Origin: Vicugna vicugna | Lineage: Eukaryota | DNA: 64,000 nt | Assembly: GCA_013265495.1 (NCBI GenBank) | Contig: MU057880.1 | Location: forward strand, 1,518,527 to 1,582,526 | Direction: 5' to 3' | Shown: positions 12,286-25,285 of the stretch, piece by piece | Layout: each line of letters begins with the position of its first letter | Numbering within the stretch: the first letter of the stretch is position 1 | Position numbers and translations under genes: made by a program | Notes under the pieces: model-generated | Seen by the model: the letters and a program-made list of their open reading frames with translations, nothing else | Database searches by the model: none | What the model was told of the DNA's origin: nothing

Positions 12286-14249
12286 GTAATTAATATCCTT
12301 AGCAAATCTGAAGTCAAGTTTGGTTGATTTTATGTAAAGAAAATGATGATAGTGGTTTCTTGAAGTAAAACTTCTCCTTCATCACATAAAATGTGATTTA
12401 GTTTTTATGTTACATGTTTACTGACCTAATCTAAATGCTTACCTAGGATCAGCATTAACTATGGCAACTGATGCTGGTCTTCAGTTTTACGGGGGAGCGA
12501 TTGCCCTGATATGATCTCAGGATGTCACAGAAATTGAGGACCGAGAGTGGAGTACCTTGGTTTCTTATGATCAGGATAATTTTCATAAATCAACACCAAG
12601 TTGCAGTGACATGCTCTTCATTTAATGTCGGGACATCTGGGCTCTTCAATGACTCTGACTCACGTAGGCTAGTGCCCTTGAGCAAATTCCTTATCTCCCA
12701 GGATGTTAGCTGCATTGTCTGTAAAAGAGGAGCATTCATAAAAGCAATCTTCAGGACCTTTGCCAGCTCTGAGAGCCCGTGGTTCTTCCTGGGAGCAGTG
12801 CAATGAGGGACAGGTGGGCACCAACAATGGGAGGTGCAAAGGGGGACAGTGTTCCGACTTCGCCTTTCTCAGGGAAGTGTTGTGAGGGTGAAAATAATAG
12901 CAACAAAAATGTTTGCCCTCCCTGCCTCCAGGTGTTTTCCGTCTGGAATCAGGTTTTAGTTTCCTTGAACTAGCCAGGTGCTCACCGACAGTCCCATTGT
13001 CTCTCCTGGACAACACGCCCCTCCATATGTTGTTTATTCCACTTCTCTGATTTGAAAGATGTTTAACATTTGCTTAAAGGAACCAAAGCAAATGTAAGGT
13101 TTTTATTTCCTGTGGGTAGTCATCCATTAACATTATACTTTATTCCCAAATTGGTGAAATGTGTCCTTTATTTTATTTTTTTATCTCTCCGTTGTTTTTA
13201 AAATCTTTTGGAACATTTTATTACATCTCTAAAAACTTCTTTGTTTTACTCTGGTGATAACCTAGCTGATCGGGGCACAGTAGTCAGTCATATTTCTGTT
13301 TGGATAGATATTTACTGTCTTTTTAAAAAAAATATGCCCAGTTGCAACTTACCATCTGTACACGCAGCTACAAATGAAGCTGGCATCACATTTACACTGT
13401 GAAAAAATGATCAATATGTTAAGTTAAACAGATATAAATAAAATTAAATTATCTCAAGTGCCCAAATCATCTCAAATTTTGAAAAACCAAACTCTTACAG
13501 AATTTTATTGATCAAATTAATGTATTTTCTTCTGCCCACAGGGGTCCGGGAAATTTTGTTGGACGCATTTTATTATGCAGCTGCTTGAGGCTGGGAAATC
13601 GTGTTGCATAAAACGTGTACATTAGCATAAATATGGATCTAGAGGGTTGCTGGGTTGTGTTTTTCTCTTCCTAAATCTGGATGATAGCAGCCATGCTTGT
13701 AACTTGTTATTTTTTCTCGGGATGTTGTGTGTGTGTTAAATTCGGGTGGAATGTTCGGCGTGTTCCTCCTACATCCTGCGGTCTGCTGCGCTACGGGGAG
13801 TCAGGGGAGATCTGTGCCTGTTTCAGAAGCAGTAGTTTATAGAACACCAGGCTACCATGAGGCCCCTGTGGCTGCACACACCACCTCTTTGCTCATTCCT
13901 GGCAGTTGATCTGGGCTTTTATTTGACATAACTTTTCTAAACTTCCTGCCAGCCAACCTTCCATGAGCCTTAAACACTCAGATCTGTGTGAGAAAAGCAT
14001 CCCATCCATACATAGCGAGTGTCAGCCCCTTCTCACTTCTCACGCCCCTCTCGACAATGATTTCCTACCCCTTCCCCAGGTTTCCTTTTCTGCCTCTTAT
14101 TTGGATTTTTCTCAGGTTTCTCAATCTTGAAGAAGTCTTTCATTCCAGCTACATTCTGTTTCTCTCTTTCTCGTGTCCCAAATCCGCAGATCACTCAGGG
14201 TGCACCGCCTCTATTTCCCTCTATCCTGCTGTCTCCTCAGTCCTCTGCG

Positions 14250-16143
14250 TTATGACTTCTAATAGCGCTACTTACTTTCAAGAGGATGAATGCAAAAAAC
14301 ATTTTCCAGAGCTTATTTCATCTGACCTCCCAGTGGCTTGGGGCACTCTTAACTACTCATCATTATTGAAAATCTCTTTGTTTATTTCCAACACTATATT
14401 CTCTGATTTTCCTTCCAGCCAAATGGCTGCTTTGTCTCCTTTGACAGTAATCAAACGTTGGAATTTCTGGTAATTGGATGCTCATCAAATCTGCTGATCA
14501 AATATTGGAATTTCCCAAAGCTGTGTTCTAAGCTCTCTACTCTTTTCTCCCTGTGGCCCCTCCTCACCTAAGACTTCAGTGAGGAGTGCAGCATCTCCAC
14601 ACAGATGCTTTGAATGTATGCCAAACTCAGCGTGTCTGCGGCCAAACTCATAACCTTCTCACCCATGTCTGGTCCTTGACTGTGGTTTTCTACCTCAGAC
14701 AATCACAATACAAGCCATCCATTAGGCACGTCAAAAACAATAATTATTTTTGGTGCATAAACTTGTCCCACCTCCTCACACCTGTCCTGTGCCAAATTAT
14801 CACCAAATCCTGTGAATTTTTCTCTCCTAAATATTTTTTTGAATTGGCCATTTTCTTTTTTTATTGACTATTGTTGATTTACAATGTTGTGTTAGTTTCT
14901 GGTGTACAGGTTCAGTTATACACATATATATTCTTTTTCATATTCTTCATTTTAGGTTATTACAAGGTATTGAATATAGTTCCCTGTGCTGTACAGGAGG
15001 AACTTGTTGTTTAGTGTTTTATATATAGTAATGTGTATAAAATTCCAAACTTGTAATTTATCCCTCCCCTCCTTTCCTCTTTGGTAACCGTAAGTTTATT
15101 TTCTATGTCTGTGAGCCTGTTTCTGTTTTGAAAATAAGTTCATTTGTGTCATTTTTTTAGATTCCACACGTAAGTGATATCATATGATATTTGTCCTTCT
15201 CTGTCTGACTTAGTTCACTTAGTGTGATCATTTCCAGGTCCATCCATGTTGCTGCAAATGCCATTATTTAATTATTTCTCATGGCTGAGTAATATTTCAT
15301 TATATATCTTCTTTATCCAGTCATCTGTTGATGGACACTTAGGTTGTTTCCATGTTGGCTATTGTAAACAGTGCTGCCATGAATATTGGTGTGCATGTAT
15401 CTTTTCAAACTAGAATTTTCTCTTGGATACATACTTTCTGTATTTCTACCGACTGACTGCATCCTAGTCCAAGCTCCACCCTCCATCTCGTGGATGACTA
15501 CTATGACAGGTGCTGCTGTGTCCCTCCTCCCAATTCTTTTGCACATTTCCACCAGGGCACATTTTCAAAACACACATCTTTGCCTCCTTTGACTATAAGA
15601 CTCTTGAATTGCTCTTCGCTACAGGGTAAAATCCCCCACAATTTTAAATATAGTTAAAATGAAACAAAACATCTCTGCAGACCTGGTCCTTGTTTATTCT
15701 TGAGGTCTTAGCTCATATGGTTCTACCTACTCATTCTCTTGGCTCCAGTCATATTGGCCATCTTTTAATGTCTGGGATGTTAAAACATCAACTTTTCTCT
15801 ATAATCCCAACAGCATTTCTGAGCACACTGTTTTCTCCTACTGTTGCTGTCTTTCTCCCAGTAGGTAACTCCTCCTTGCCCTTCACTCTGAGGTCCGCAT
15901 ATCTTCCTCATTACACTTTCATAGAACAATGTGTTTTGGTACTTTGGTGTTTTCCCCCTCATTTGGTGCAGTGCCTTATCCCAGGTTGTACTCATACATT
16001 TATTAATGTGATCCTGGAATAATTTCCCCATCCCCCTGGACTGACAGGGCCATAAAAGTTGAAACTATATCCAGTTTTGCTTTTAACTGAATCTGTTGTT
16101 CCTAGGTGCTCAGTAAGAATTTCTTTTATATTAAATGAATGAT
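14250..16143 (+). mobile_element. L2 LINE, interrupted by an L1 3' fragment
   Basis: L2 blocks (CACCAAATCCTGTGAATT..., CCTAGTCCAAGCTCCACC) continue across the L1 insert. Ends TAGGTGCTCAGTAAG...AAATGAATGA. Confidence 0.7.
14855..15432 (-). mobile_element. 5'-truncated lineage L1 3' end (ORF2 tail plus 3'UTR)
   Basis: Poly-T at 14855, then TTATTGACTATTGTTGATTTACAATG..., ORF2 end AGATTCCACACGTAAG. Confidence 0.9.
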
Positions 16144-17337
16144 TCTTGTCATCCTTAAGCTTCAACCGAAATGCAAGCTTCTCTGCTCATGTGCAGGCCT
16201 TTCATTTACATTTCTAAACTTTCTTAGCCACCATTTTCCCAGCACTGACCCCTTTATTCAGTCTTGTCAATTTTCCCTTATTATTTTGCATTTCCTGTAA
16301 ATATTCCAACACTCAACCTCTTAGAAAAAAGTTATTTTACCTACTTGCCTTATTGCTACTCCTATTTCTAGGGCTGGCATCTGCTATTGTAATTTTAATG
16401 GAACTAAGATAATCAGTTTTAATCTCAGTCAATGTAAAGTTCTCTGGTCTTTAATTAATGATAACCAGCTCTGTCATCTTCCAGTCTTTCCCATTTTTGT
16501 CATCTGTTGTCCTCCAGGTCATTCTCCAACATCTTCCAAAGACTTTGCATCCCATTAATGTATAAATTCCTTTAAAATTCTCAGTGAGGTCTTACTATGC
16601 CTGGACTCCGGGACTGCACTGTTAAACAGCGCACGAGAGGCTCCAGCTGTTGTGTGGCAGTGAAGCGTGGGAGAGGGAACCATATGGTCAACAACCAAGA
16701 GAATCAATTAATGGCTGATTTTCAGAGAGTTAAAGGGACTGAGCGGAAAATAATGCCAGGCGATGTGGCAGAGACTGCGGGAGGGACTCGTTCTTTAGAT
16801 TATTTAAATGGTCTGGGGAATCCTAGGAAATGTACATGTGAACAGAATATCCTTGAGGCTAACAACTGTCATGTTGTTACTGTAGAGGGGCTGAGGTTTG
16901 AAAGTCAGAGTCTCCAGACAGCCTTAAGGAGCAGGAACGGGGCCGTGATAGGTGCTCTTCAAGACACATGGCTTCCGGTGTTACTGTTCTCTCCCGTGTC
17001 TCCTGTTTGTCTTCCCTCCTGCTTCCCAACCACCACACACACAGAGACACACAGGCCAGATGGTTTCACCCCTCCCCACGCCTTTGCCTCTTTGAAATAA
17101 TCTAACCCGCAGGGAACGAGTGGGGCCAGAAGGAAAGCTCAGGTGCCATTTTGTTTTAAGGTCCACTGGCTTAGGACAGACAGTGATCTGACTGGAAAAA
17201 TACAGGACTTCGGAACATTTCCCTAACCATTCCTTTTCCAACATGCCTGACTTTCTTCCATTTCTGGTGTCCTGTCTGCTCACCCCAAACACAACGGCAA
17301 CACCACCATGTTCTGCCTCCCCAAGAGCTTTCTGTGC

Positions 17338-17378
17338 TGTGTGTGTGTGTGTGTGTGTGCATGTGCACGTGCACACGC
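17338..17378 (+). repeat. (TG)n microsatellite extended by alternating purine/pyrimidine tract
   Basis: (TG)11 followed by CATGTGCACGTGCACACGC. Confidence 0.95.
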
Positions 17379-20203
17379 CTGTTATGTATGTGAACATAGG
17401 AGAGACAGAGTGAGAGAGAGAGAGACCTGTGGTTCATTACTCCCTGTTTTCTTTCTCTGACATCACTCGGGTTGAACTCAGAGTGGAAGTGGCCAGCTTG
17501 TGTCTAGTCCACTTTCTAGTCATGAAAGAGAAGTCCAATGATTACCTAATTTCAAATAAAAAAACCAAAAAACAAGAAGACTCTCAGTTCTGTTTTCCCT
17601 TGTCCTCTGTGTAAGATTTGATTCTGCTGACCACTCACTCACTCTCCCTTCTTATCCCACCGCACCATTCTCCTCTGATTCACCTCTAATCAGCGGTCCT
17701 TCCTACATGTTTCAAGTTAGAATTCAGCATCTTAACTACGGTACACGAGACCCTGTTGGCGCCTCTCCACTGCCCTGGTACCACGGCACAGCCTTTCCAG
17801 AGGCACTGCTCACCACCGTGTGCCTGTGTCAGACTCCTCTGTGCTTGTTTTGTTTACAGACATGCTGGTGACGCCCCTTGGAAAATCCCTCTTCCCCACC
17901 TCCCTCTCCCTTTCCAGTCTAATCAGGAAATTCCTTTCTTTCCTAGGAAAAAAAAAAAAAGAATAAAGAGAAAAAAAGCAAAGCTGGCCTGGTCTAGCAT
18001 GCTGGAACCCCCTCCTCCAGTGCCACGTTTGACCTCTTCGTTTCTGGTGATGCTCAAGTGTTTGGTCGACATCTCTTCTCCTGTCTCCATGACTCGTGGA
18101 GCTCTGGTGGGGCAGAGGCTTTACTCCATCAACAATCTGGGGTATACACAAGTTAAGGCGAATATATGTTACATTAATAAATGTGAAGCACAATAAAAAT
18201 TTGCAATAAACAAGGTTCTCATAGAAATAGACAATTGGTATATTGATGACATAATTTTCATAGAAAAATCAATGTGGTTTCTTTTTGGTGTTTTGTTAAA
18301 CTTCCACTTTGTAGACAACAATATTGCCAGCTTTCTACTGGATTAGAACAGTAAGCTGGGATTTTCCAAAGGCATAGATATTGATAGATCAAGAAAATTA
18401 CGTATCATTGCAGAGTGTTTGTTTACTTTTATAAAAAATGCTCACTGCACTCATTGATGTTTATAGCGGTATAGTTTTGATACGACTTAGGAAGCTTGAA
18501 ATGAGGTGACGTTTGAGCATATTTGTGTCATTGGACAAAACAAAAGCAGCAACGTAAACATGAACGTATCTGAGCTTCGGCTACCTCTTACCCTTTTTGA
18601 AATCTCAAAAGTAATTTAGAGAAAGACAATCAAGGTGCCCATAACACCATGAGGGAGAGCCCTCATTTCTATACAATTGAACTACTCTTGAAATGCCTTT
18701 GTGTTTGAAAAATAAGTTGCTGAAAAGAACGTCTTCCCTGCGAGAAAACTTAAAACAAGAACACGACTTTCCCCTCTTCCAAGCTGAATGGCGCACTACT
18801 GCTTCAGGGGCCCATAAAGAGGTTTAACGTCAAAACAAATTTTTAAAAAATCATGTATGATTAATTTAAATCCTTTCCCTATATCCAGTTCACATAATAA
18901 TGTTTTTCGTTATTTTTCTTAAAATGTGTGAAATATTAATGCTTAACATTATCATTCTAAGAGGCCCCTCACACTTTTTCTTTCTGATAAGGAGCAACTT
19001 CCCTTTAATTAACGCTAAGAAGAAGAAGGAGTTAGAATTGATTCATGATTAATCATATTTTCTAAAGACATTTATTTTTATTAAAAGGTAAAAAAAAAAA
19101 AGTGAACCTGGGTAATTTCCACTTCATTTGATATGCACTCTCATCATGTTAGTGAGCCGAGCTATTTTGATCCATAAACTACTCCCACTTTAGTTTCTAT
19201 TATTTTTCTGCATGCTTGACAATTAAGACTTTTTTTTTTTACTGCTACCTGCTGCTGAGCTAATTTGCCTGCTGATCATGCTTGTCAGTTTTGTTCTATT
19301 TTTATCCCTCTGGAGAGAGACTCATTGGTCTCTTATTTAACAAGTCCAGCCCCAATGTGGCCGAGGAGAAGCAAACTCATTAAAAATCTGCATCCTGGTG
19401 CAAAGCACTGGTTATTTCTAGAGTTTTAAAAGTTTATCACTTTCAAATTCGTGCCCCAGTTGGATAACAATTCTATGTTGTTATGCTAATTTTAAACAAC
19501 TGGGCATATTACTAAAAAATGCTGTAGCTTTTGCATTTAGAAATAAAGTCTCTCTATTTGTCTTTCTGTTCAGCTTCAGCTAATATCATTAAATCCTTAT
19601 GTAACTATAATGCCGCAGCCTGACTGCCAGAAGTGAGACAGTGTCAGCATTTTCTTTGTAAACATTCAACCTCGAAGGCTGGTAATAAATCAACCAAAAA
19701 ATGACATTCTGTGATATACCTAAGAATGCAAGTTCCCACACGAAAAGTAAGTTGTGTGATTGTTGTTATGCAAAAATATAAATATCCCTTTACTGTGATT
19801 GTTTTAAATGTCTCAAGGGAAGCTTATGCTTGAGAAATACAATGATTTTTATTGTGAATGTTTCTTATGGGAGACTGCTTTCTTTCTTATTTCTAAAAGT
19901 CATCTTCAATTGCTTTTGTAATCGTAATAGTACAACCTTCTTTTTCATGCGCTCCCTAAGTCTCATTCATACCATTCATGCTCTTTTCAACAGAAGTCCC
20001 TTGCAAATATTTAGGGGGCATTTCTAAGTGTCACGTATGATAAAGCTACAATCAAAATGTGCTGCAATCCAAAAGTGCAGGTTTGTTGCATTAGTTGGAC
20101 TTAATGTCACTTCTGCAAAGTTTTGGACATATTCTGAGCTCTGTAAATAACCCCATTTAAACTTCACATGAAATGTTTAAAATTCTCTACTTAATTTTGA
20201 TAT

Positions 20204-20710
20204 TGTCAATTGAAATAAAACCACACAACATGAGAGTTGTGGGTTAAGGCTTATTTGGAGCAAAATGAGGACTATAGCCCAGGAGACGGCATCCCAGAAA
20301 GCTCTGAAAAACTGTCCCAAAGAGGCAGGGGAAAAACTCAGTTATTATATATGATTTCAGTGAAAGAGGGGACATGCAGTCAAGCACACACTTAGGCAGA
20401 AGCTCCTGCTAGCCATGAGGAGCAGGTGTCGCCCTTAAAGATGTTAGTGCTTTTCTAGATAGGAGGAGATGCAAGAACTGGGGTCATAAAATCTCCTTAA
20501 AATATCTAACTATTTGATGGCCTGGTCTGTTAGTTTTCCCAGACCCCAGAGCGCCCCACTGCTGATCTCCACCCTGAGCTCCTTTCAGGGAGTGTTGGAG
20601 GTCAGCGGCTGCAGCGGCTGACGATTTAATCCAAACAGAGGTAGATGGCAAGTGCCAACGTGATCCAGTCCTGGTACAGGGAGAGGACAAGTGGCAGTTT
20701 TTGGTTGGCA
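20204..20710 (-). mobile_element. ERV1 solo LTR, MER41-like
   Basis: TG...CA ends (TGTCAATTGAAA...GTTGGCA). Internal GAGGACTATAGCCCAGGAGAC, TGCTTTTCTAGATAGGAGGAGATGCAAGAA and CACCCTGAGCTCCTTTCAGGG resemble laurasiatherian MER41. Flanks ATAT/ATTT. Confidence 0.75.
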
Positions 20711-20779
20711 ATTTGCATCTACCTTAATGTGCAAATCTTAACTGGTTAGCACTAGGGGCTCTGACCATGGTGTGTATCC

Positions 20780-21960
20780 CATAAACACCTCTTATTTCAA
20801 GGTTAAGAACATTTCTACCTCTACAGGGAGTCTCCTAATGCTTCTTTAGAGTCAATTCTATTCTCCAATGCCTCTTCAATCGTTAACTAATTGTTCTGTC
20901 TTTGCTATTAATTTTTTGATTTATTTATAGATGAATAAAATAAATATTTATTAACATTTTTATTAGGGAATAACTTTCACACCTTTAAAATGTCATGTAA
21001 ATAAAATCATAGAGTAAGCTCTCTGGTTTCTAGGGTTTTCACTCGGCAAGTTGTGCTTTTTTTTTTTTTTCTGTCTTGCTAAATATTATCCTGCTGTTTA
21101 TACGGAACACCTCCCTTGCTTACCTGGGTCATGGCCTAGATGTATGGTTAACTTTATAAATAAATATCAAACAGCTCTCCAAAGGAGCTGAACTATTTCC
21201 TACTCTCAGTAATAATGCGTGACAGTACCACTTGCTCTACATTCTAACCAACGGTTGACCAGAATCTTTTTGCCCATTTGATTTGAGTCATTCTAGTTGC
21301 TGTGAAGTTGCATCTTACGATGTGGGGGGAGGGTGTAGCTCAGTGGTAGAGCTGTGTGCTTAGCACACAGCATGCTTAGCTATCCCCAGTAACTCCATTA
21401 AAACACACACACACACATAGTTGATTTATTGTGGTTACAATTGACACTTCTCTGGTAAGTAATGATATTAAATACCTTTTCATGTACTTAATATCCGTTC
21501 AAAAAGTGTCTATTAAAGACTTTTGCTCGCTTTTTGTCACATTGTTTATTTTGAGATTGTTTATCTTTAAATTATTTACCTGTAAGTGTTCTTTATGTAT
21601 GTTCAGGGAACAAGTGCTTTGTTAGATATATGTACTGTAAATATTTTTCTCAGTTTTTGGATTACATATCGTTTTTCACAGGTGTCTTTGATGGACAGGG
21701 CAGACATTTTTCAGTTTCAAAGACTTCTAATTTACCAGTTTCATTTTTTCCCCCAGAATTTGTGTTTTGCTGTTTCTGTCTATCTAAAACTTTGTCTTCC
21801 TTTAGGAGTGAAAATATTCTGTTTTCCTTTAGAATCTTTACTAGGTCTAAGATCACTCTTGATCTAATTTTTGTGTCTGAAATGAGCTGAGACTCGAGAT
21901 TCATTTTTTCTCCCAATAACAATATCCAGTTATTCTAAGAACATCTATTTAAAAGACTTA
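20780..21960 (-). mobile_element. Old L1 (L1MB-like) 3' region
   Basis: Decayed minus-strand ORF2 end and 3'UTR (GGTAACTTTATAAATAAATATCAAACAG..., ATATCCAGTTATTCTAAGAACATCTATT). Confidence 0.7.
21324..21418 (+). mobile_element. tRNA-derived camelid SINE (Vic-1-like), rearranged, B-box lost
   Basis: GGGGGAGGGTGTAGCTCAGTGGTAGAG head, ATCCCCAGTAACTCCATT and a (CA)n tail. Confidence 0.85.
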
Positions 21961-21980
21961 AAGAGATCTTCTTGGTATCG

Positions 21981-23379
21981 ATTTTTTGTGATGTGTGGTT
22001 GATTTAATTATCTTCATGTGTGCAGCATAGCGATTCAGCATTTTTGCAGATTATATTCCATTATAAGTTACTACAAGATAATGGATATAATTCTCTGTGT
22101 TATACAGTATAACCTCATTGCTTAGCTATTTTATGTATAGTGCTGTGTATCTGTTGATCCCAGGCTCCTAATTTATCCCACCTCTCTTCCATCTCCCCTT
22201 TGGGAACCAAAGTTTGTTTGCCATGTCTGTGAGTTTGTTTCTGTTTTGCATCCACATTCATTTGAATATTTTTTTTTATATCCCACATGTAAGTGTCTTT
22301 CTCTGACTTACTCACCAAGTACAATATTCACTAAGCTGAGTAGTACTCCATTATATTTAGACCACATCTTCTTTATCCATTTATCTGTTAATGGGCACTT
22401 GAGTTGCTTCCATATCTCAGCTATTGTAAACAATGCCACTATAAATGTTGGGGTTCATATGTCTTTTCACATTAGAATTTTCTTTGGATATATGCCCAGA
22501 AGTGGGATTGCTGGACCAAATGATAGCTCTGTTTGTAGTCTTTTAAGAAACCTCCACACTGTTTTCCATAGTGACTACACCAATCTGCATTCCCACCAGC
22601 AGTGTAGAAAGGTTCCCTTTTCACCACACCCTCTCTAGTATTTATTATTTGTTGACTGATGATAATGATTCCGACAGGTGTGAACTGATATCTTACTGGT
22701 GTTTTGATTTGCATTTCTCTAACAATTAGCAATGCTGAGTATCTTTTCACATGCTTACTAGCCATCTGTATGTCTTCCTTGGGAAAAAGTCTGTTCAGGT
22801 CTTCTGTTCATTTTTTGATTGGGTTGTTTGTCTACTCAATATTGAGTTGTATAAACTGTTTATATATTTTGGATATTAACCCCTTGTTGTTCACATTATT
22901 TGCAAACCTACTGTAGTCAAACAAAACAACATGGCACCGGCACAAAAACAGACACAGATTAATGGAACAGTGTAGAAGGCCCAGGAATAAACCCATGCAC
23001 CTTTGGTCAATTAATCTATGACAAAGGAGGCAAGAATATACAATGGAGAAAAGTCTCTTCAATAAATGGTGCTAGGGAAACTGGACAGCTACATGTAAAA
23101 AAATGAGATTTGAACATTTCCTCACTCCATATACAAAAATAATCTCAAAATGGCTTAAAGATCTAAATTAAGCCCTGAAACCATAAAACTCCTAGAAAAG
23201 AACACAGGCAGAATACTTTTCAACATAAATTGTAGGAATTTTTTGGATCTGTCTCTGAAGGCAAAAGAAAGAAAAGCAAAAATAAAAAAAAAGAGACCTA
23301 ATTAAAGTTAAAAGCTTACACAAAAAGGAAACTATTGCCAAAACAAAAAGACACTCTACAGAATGGGAGAAAATATTTG
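21981..23379 (-). mobile_element. L1 with 5' inversion (twin priming): minus segment 21981-22906, plus segment 22907-23379
   Basis: Minus ORF2 C-terminus ([21 protein letters not shown]) abuts a plus-strand ORF2 segment ending GAATGGGAGAAAATATTTG. The two segments are contiguous in the L1 consensus. Confidence 0.88.
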
Positions 23380-24440
23380 AAGTCATTTTTAATTTCATAC
23401 TGTTAGTGGTCAGAGAACATGAAAAGTGTGATTCCAGTCACTTTAACTTTAATTTAAAGAATTTTATGGAAAAGTGTTTTATGGACCAATATTGATGAAT
23501 ATTTTATGTAAATTTGAAAGAAATATTCTCCAGATTTTACTTGTGATATTCTATCAGTATAAATTATGTCAACTTGACTACTAATATTCAATATTTCTTT
23601 AACTTTACTACATTTTGGCAGGGTATGCTGTCATCTTCTGGGGGAAATAAATGAAAATATTCTGTTCTTATTGTGTTAAATTTTCTCCCTGAAGTTTTCT
23701 CAATTTTTGCTTCATGTAAATGAAGCTTTATTGTTTGGTATGTGCATACTTAGTATTGTTATGTATTTCTGATGAATTGATCTTTCTATGATTATGAAAC
23801 GTCTTCCTTTATGTGTCTTTAAGTCTGTTTTGCCTTATAATTAATACATGTGTTCTCTTAAACTAAGAGTTTATATTGAATGTCTTTTCCTATACCTTTA
23901 CTTTCATGATGTCTGTGTTTTTTTAGTTAAATAATAATTCCTGCAAGTAGCATATACTGGATTCAAGCTTTTTGGAGCTCCAGTTTGATAATCTTCTGTT
24001 TTTAAATGAAATAGTTAATCCACTTGTCTTTAATATAATATTTGATGTGGTCAAGTTTCCCATTGTGGTTATTTGTTTCAGAATTATTCCAGGTTTTCTT
24101 TGTTCTTACCTTCCTTCATTTCTCTTTTGTTCTGGTGAACTTTTCAAGTTGAAAATATTCTACTTCATTTCTTGCATTGGTGTTCTCGGCTATACCTCTG
24201 TAATAGTTTCTAGTGACTGCTCTAGAGTACAGTGTAAAACATTCATACCGTTCCATTTACCTCCTCAGCCCACAACATTGTGTTAATGTTGTCATACATT
24301 TTACTACATTTTACATTAAAATTCCATGATGTTTACTATTTTTTTACTTTAATATAATCATATTTATTACAGTTTCCAGACTCCCATATGAATATATTAT
24401 TTTTATTTTTGTTAGAGTAATCGAGTCTCAGTTGATTTTA
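23380..24440 (-). mobile_element. Ancient L1 ORF2 N-terminal / inter-ORF remnant
   Basis: GTGGTCAGAGAACATG..., TTTTTGCTTCATGTAAATGAAGCTTTATTG, CTGCAAGTAGCATATACTGGAT, all typical of antisense L1 EN region. Confidence 0.7.
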
Positions 24441-24799
24441 AAGGCATCTAAGACAAAATATAAATATATATCATATATACTATGTGACATGTGTAAATAT
24501 AATTACCTATTTATACGTATATATTTATGTGTACATATTAAACCTGTACATTTACTTTATTTGATAGATTTTTGACAACTTTAATGGACTTGCACTACTT
24601 TATTAAAATAATGATCATTTGCTTTGTGTAAAAGCTTTTAAGAGATTGGTGTTTCACACTAAACTGCTTGTTGTAAAAGATTAAAAATAATGATAATTTT
24701 ATTTATAAGGGAATATAGTTGCTAGCAGTTCTACTTTCACTTCTATTGTGTGATCGTTTGTGACTCCAGATGAGGTTCTGCCTTGTCTTCTGCTTGTGA

Positions 24800-25285
24800 G
24801 GCCATTGTTGTTGGGTTTTTCAATATGCATCCCCAACCCCTTCAAACTAAGTTCTAATCCCCTTTCCTGCAGAGACTGGAAGACTTCAGTCTACATTTCT
24901 GAGGCCCTCTTGGAGCAGAGTCCTTGCTGAGACTTCTATTCTGCTACTGTGACGTACACTTGAATTTGGAACTGAGTCGTGTGGGGAGAGATGCCAGGTG
25001 TGAGGATCTATTTTGCTGCTGTGAAGCAGTAGGCAAGTATGGAGCCAACGCCCAAATTTAGCAAGTAGCAACCTGATCTAGTGGTTCTGAAGCCAATAGC
25101 TTCTTAATTCAGTAGCTGTCGCAGGTAGCTGTTTCTTGGCAGCAAAATTTGACATCGCAAGTTGTTCTTGACGACTCATTTTAGAGTCTATATCTTCAGC
25201 CCCTCTAAAGAATTACAATCATTTACTATTTTTAAAAATAACTAGAATGGAGTCTACTCTTTTTAGCAAAGTCCTGACCATCATA
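24800..25285 (+). mobile_element. ERVL LTR relic (LTR33/LTR16-like)
   Basis: CTACATTTCTGAGGCCCTCTTGGAGC... and terminal AACTAGAATGGAGTCTACTC...CCTGACCATCA. Confidence 0.5.

Noticed and set aside
13988..18196. ORFs of 130-170 aa (13988, 16597, 16981, 17756)
   Set aside because: They have low-complexity or repeat-derived composition and no recognisable domains, and most have non-ATG starts.
20285..20320. STAT1 GAS sites in the MER41-like LTR (interferon enhancer)
   Set aside because: Only a degenerate match here (ATCCCAGAA), not an intact TTCNNNGAA.
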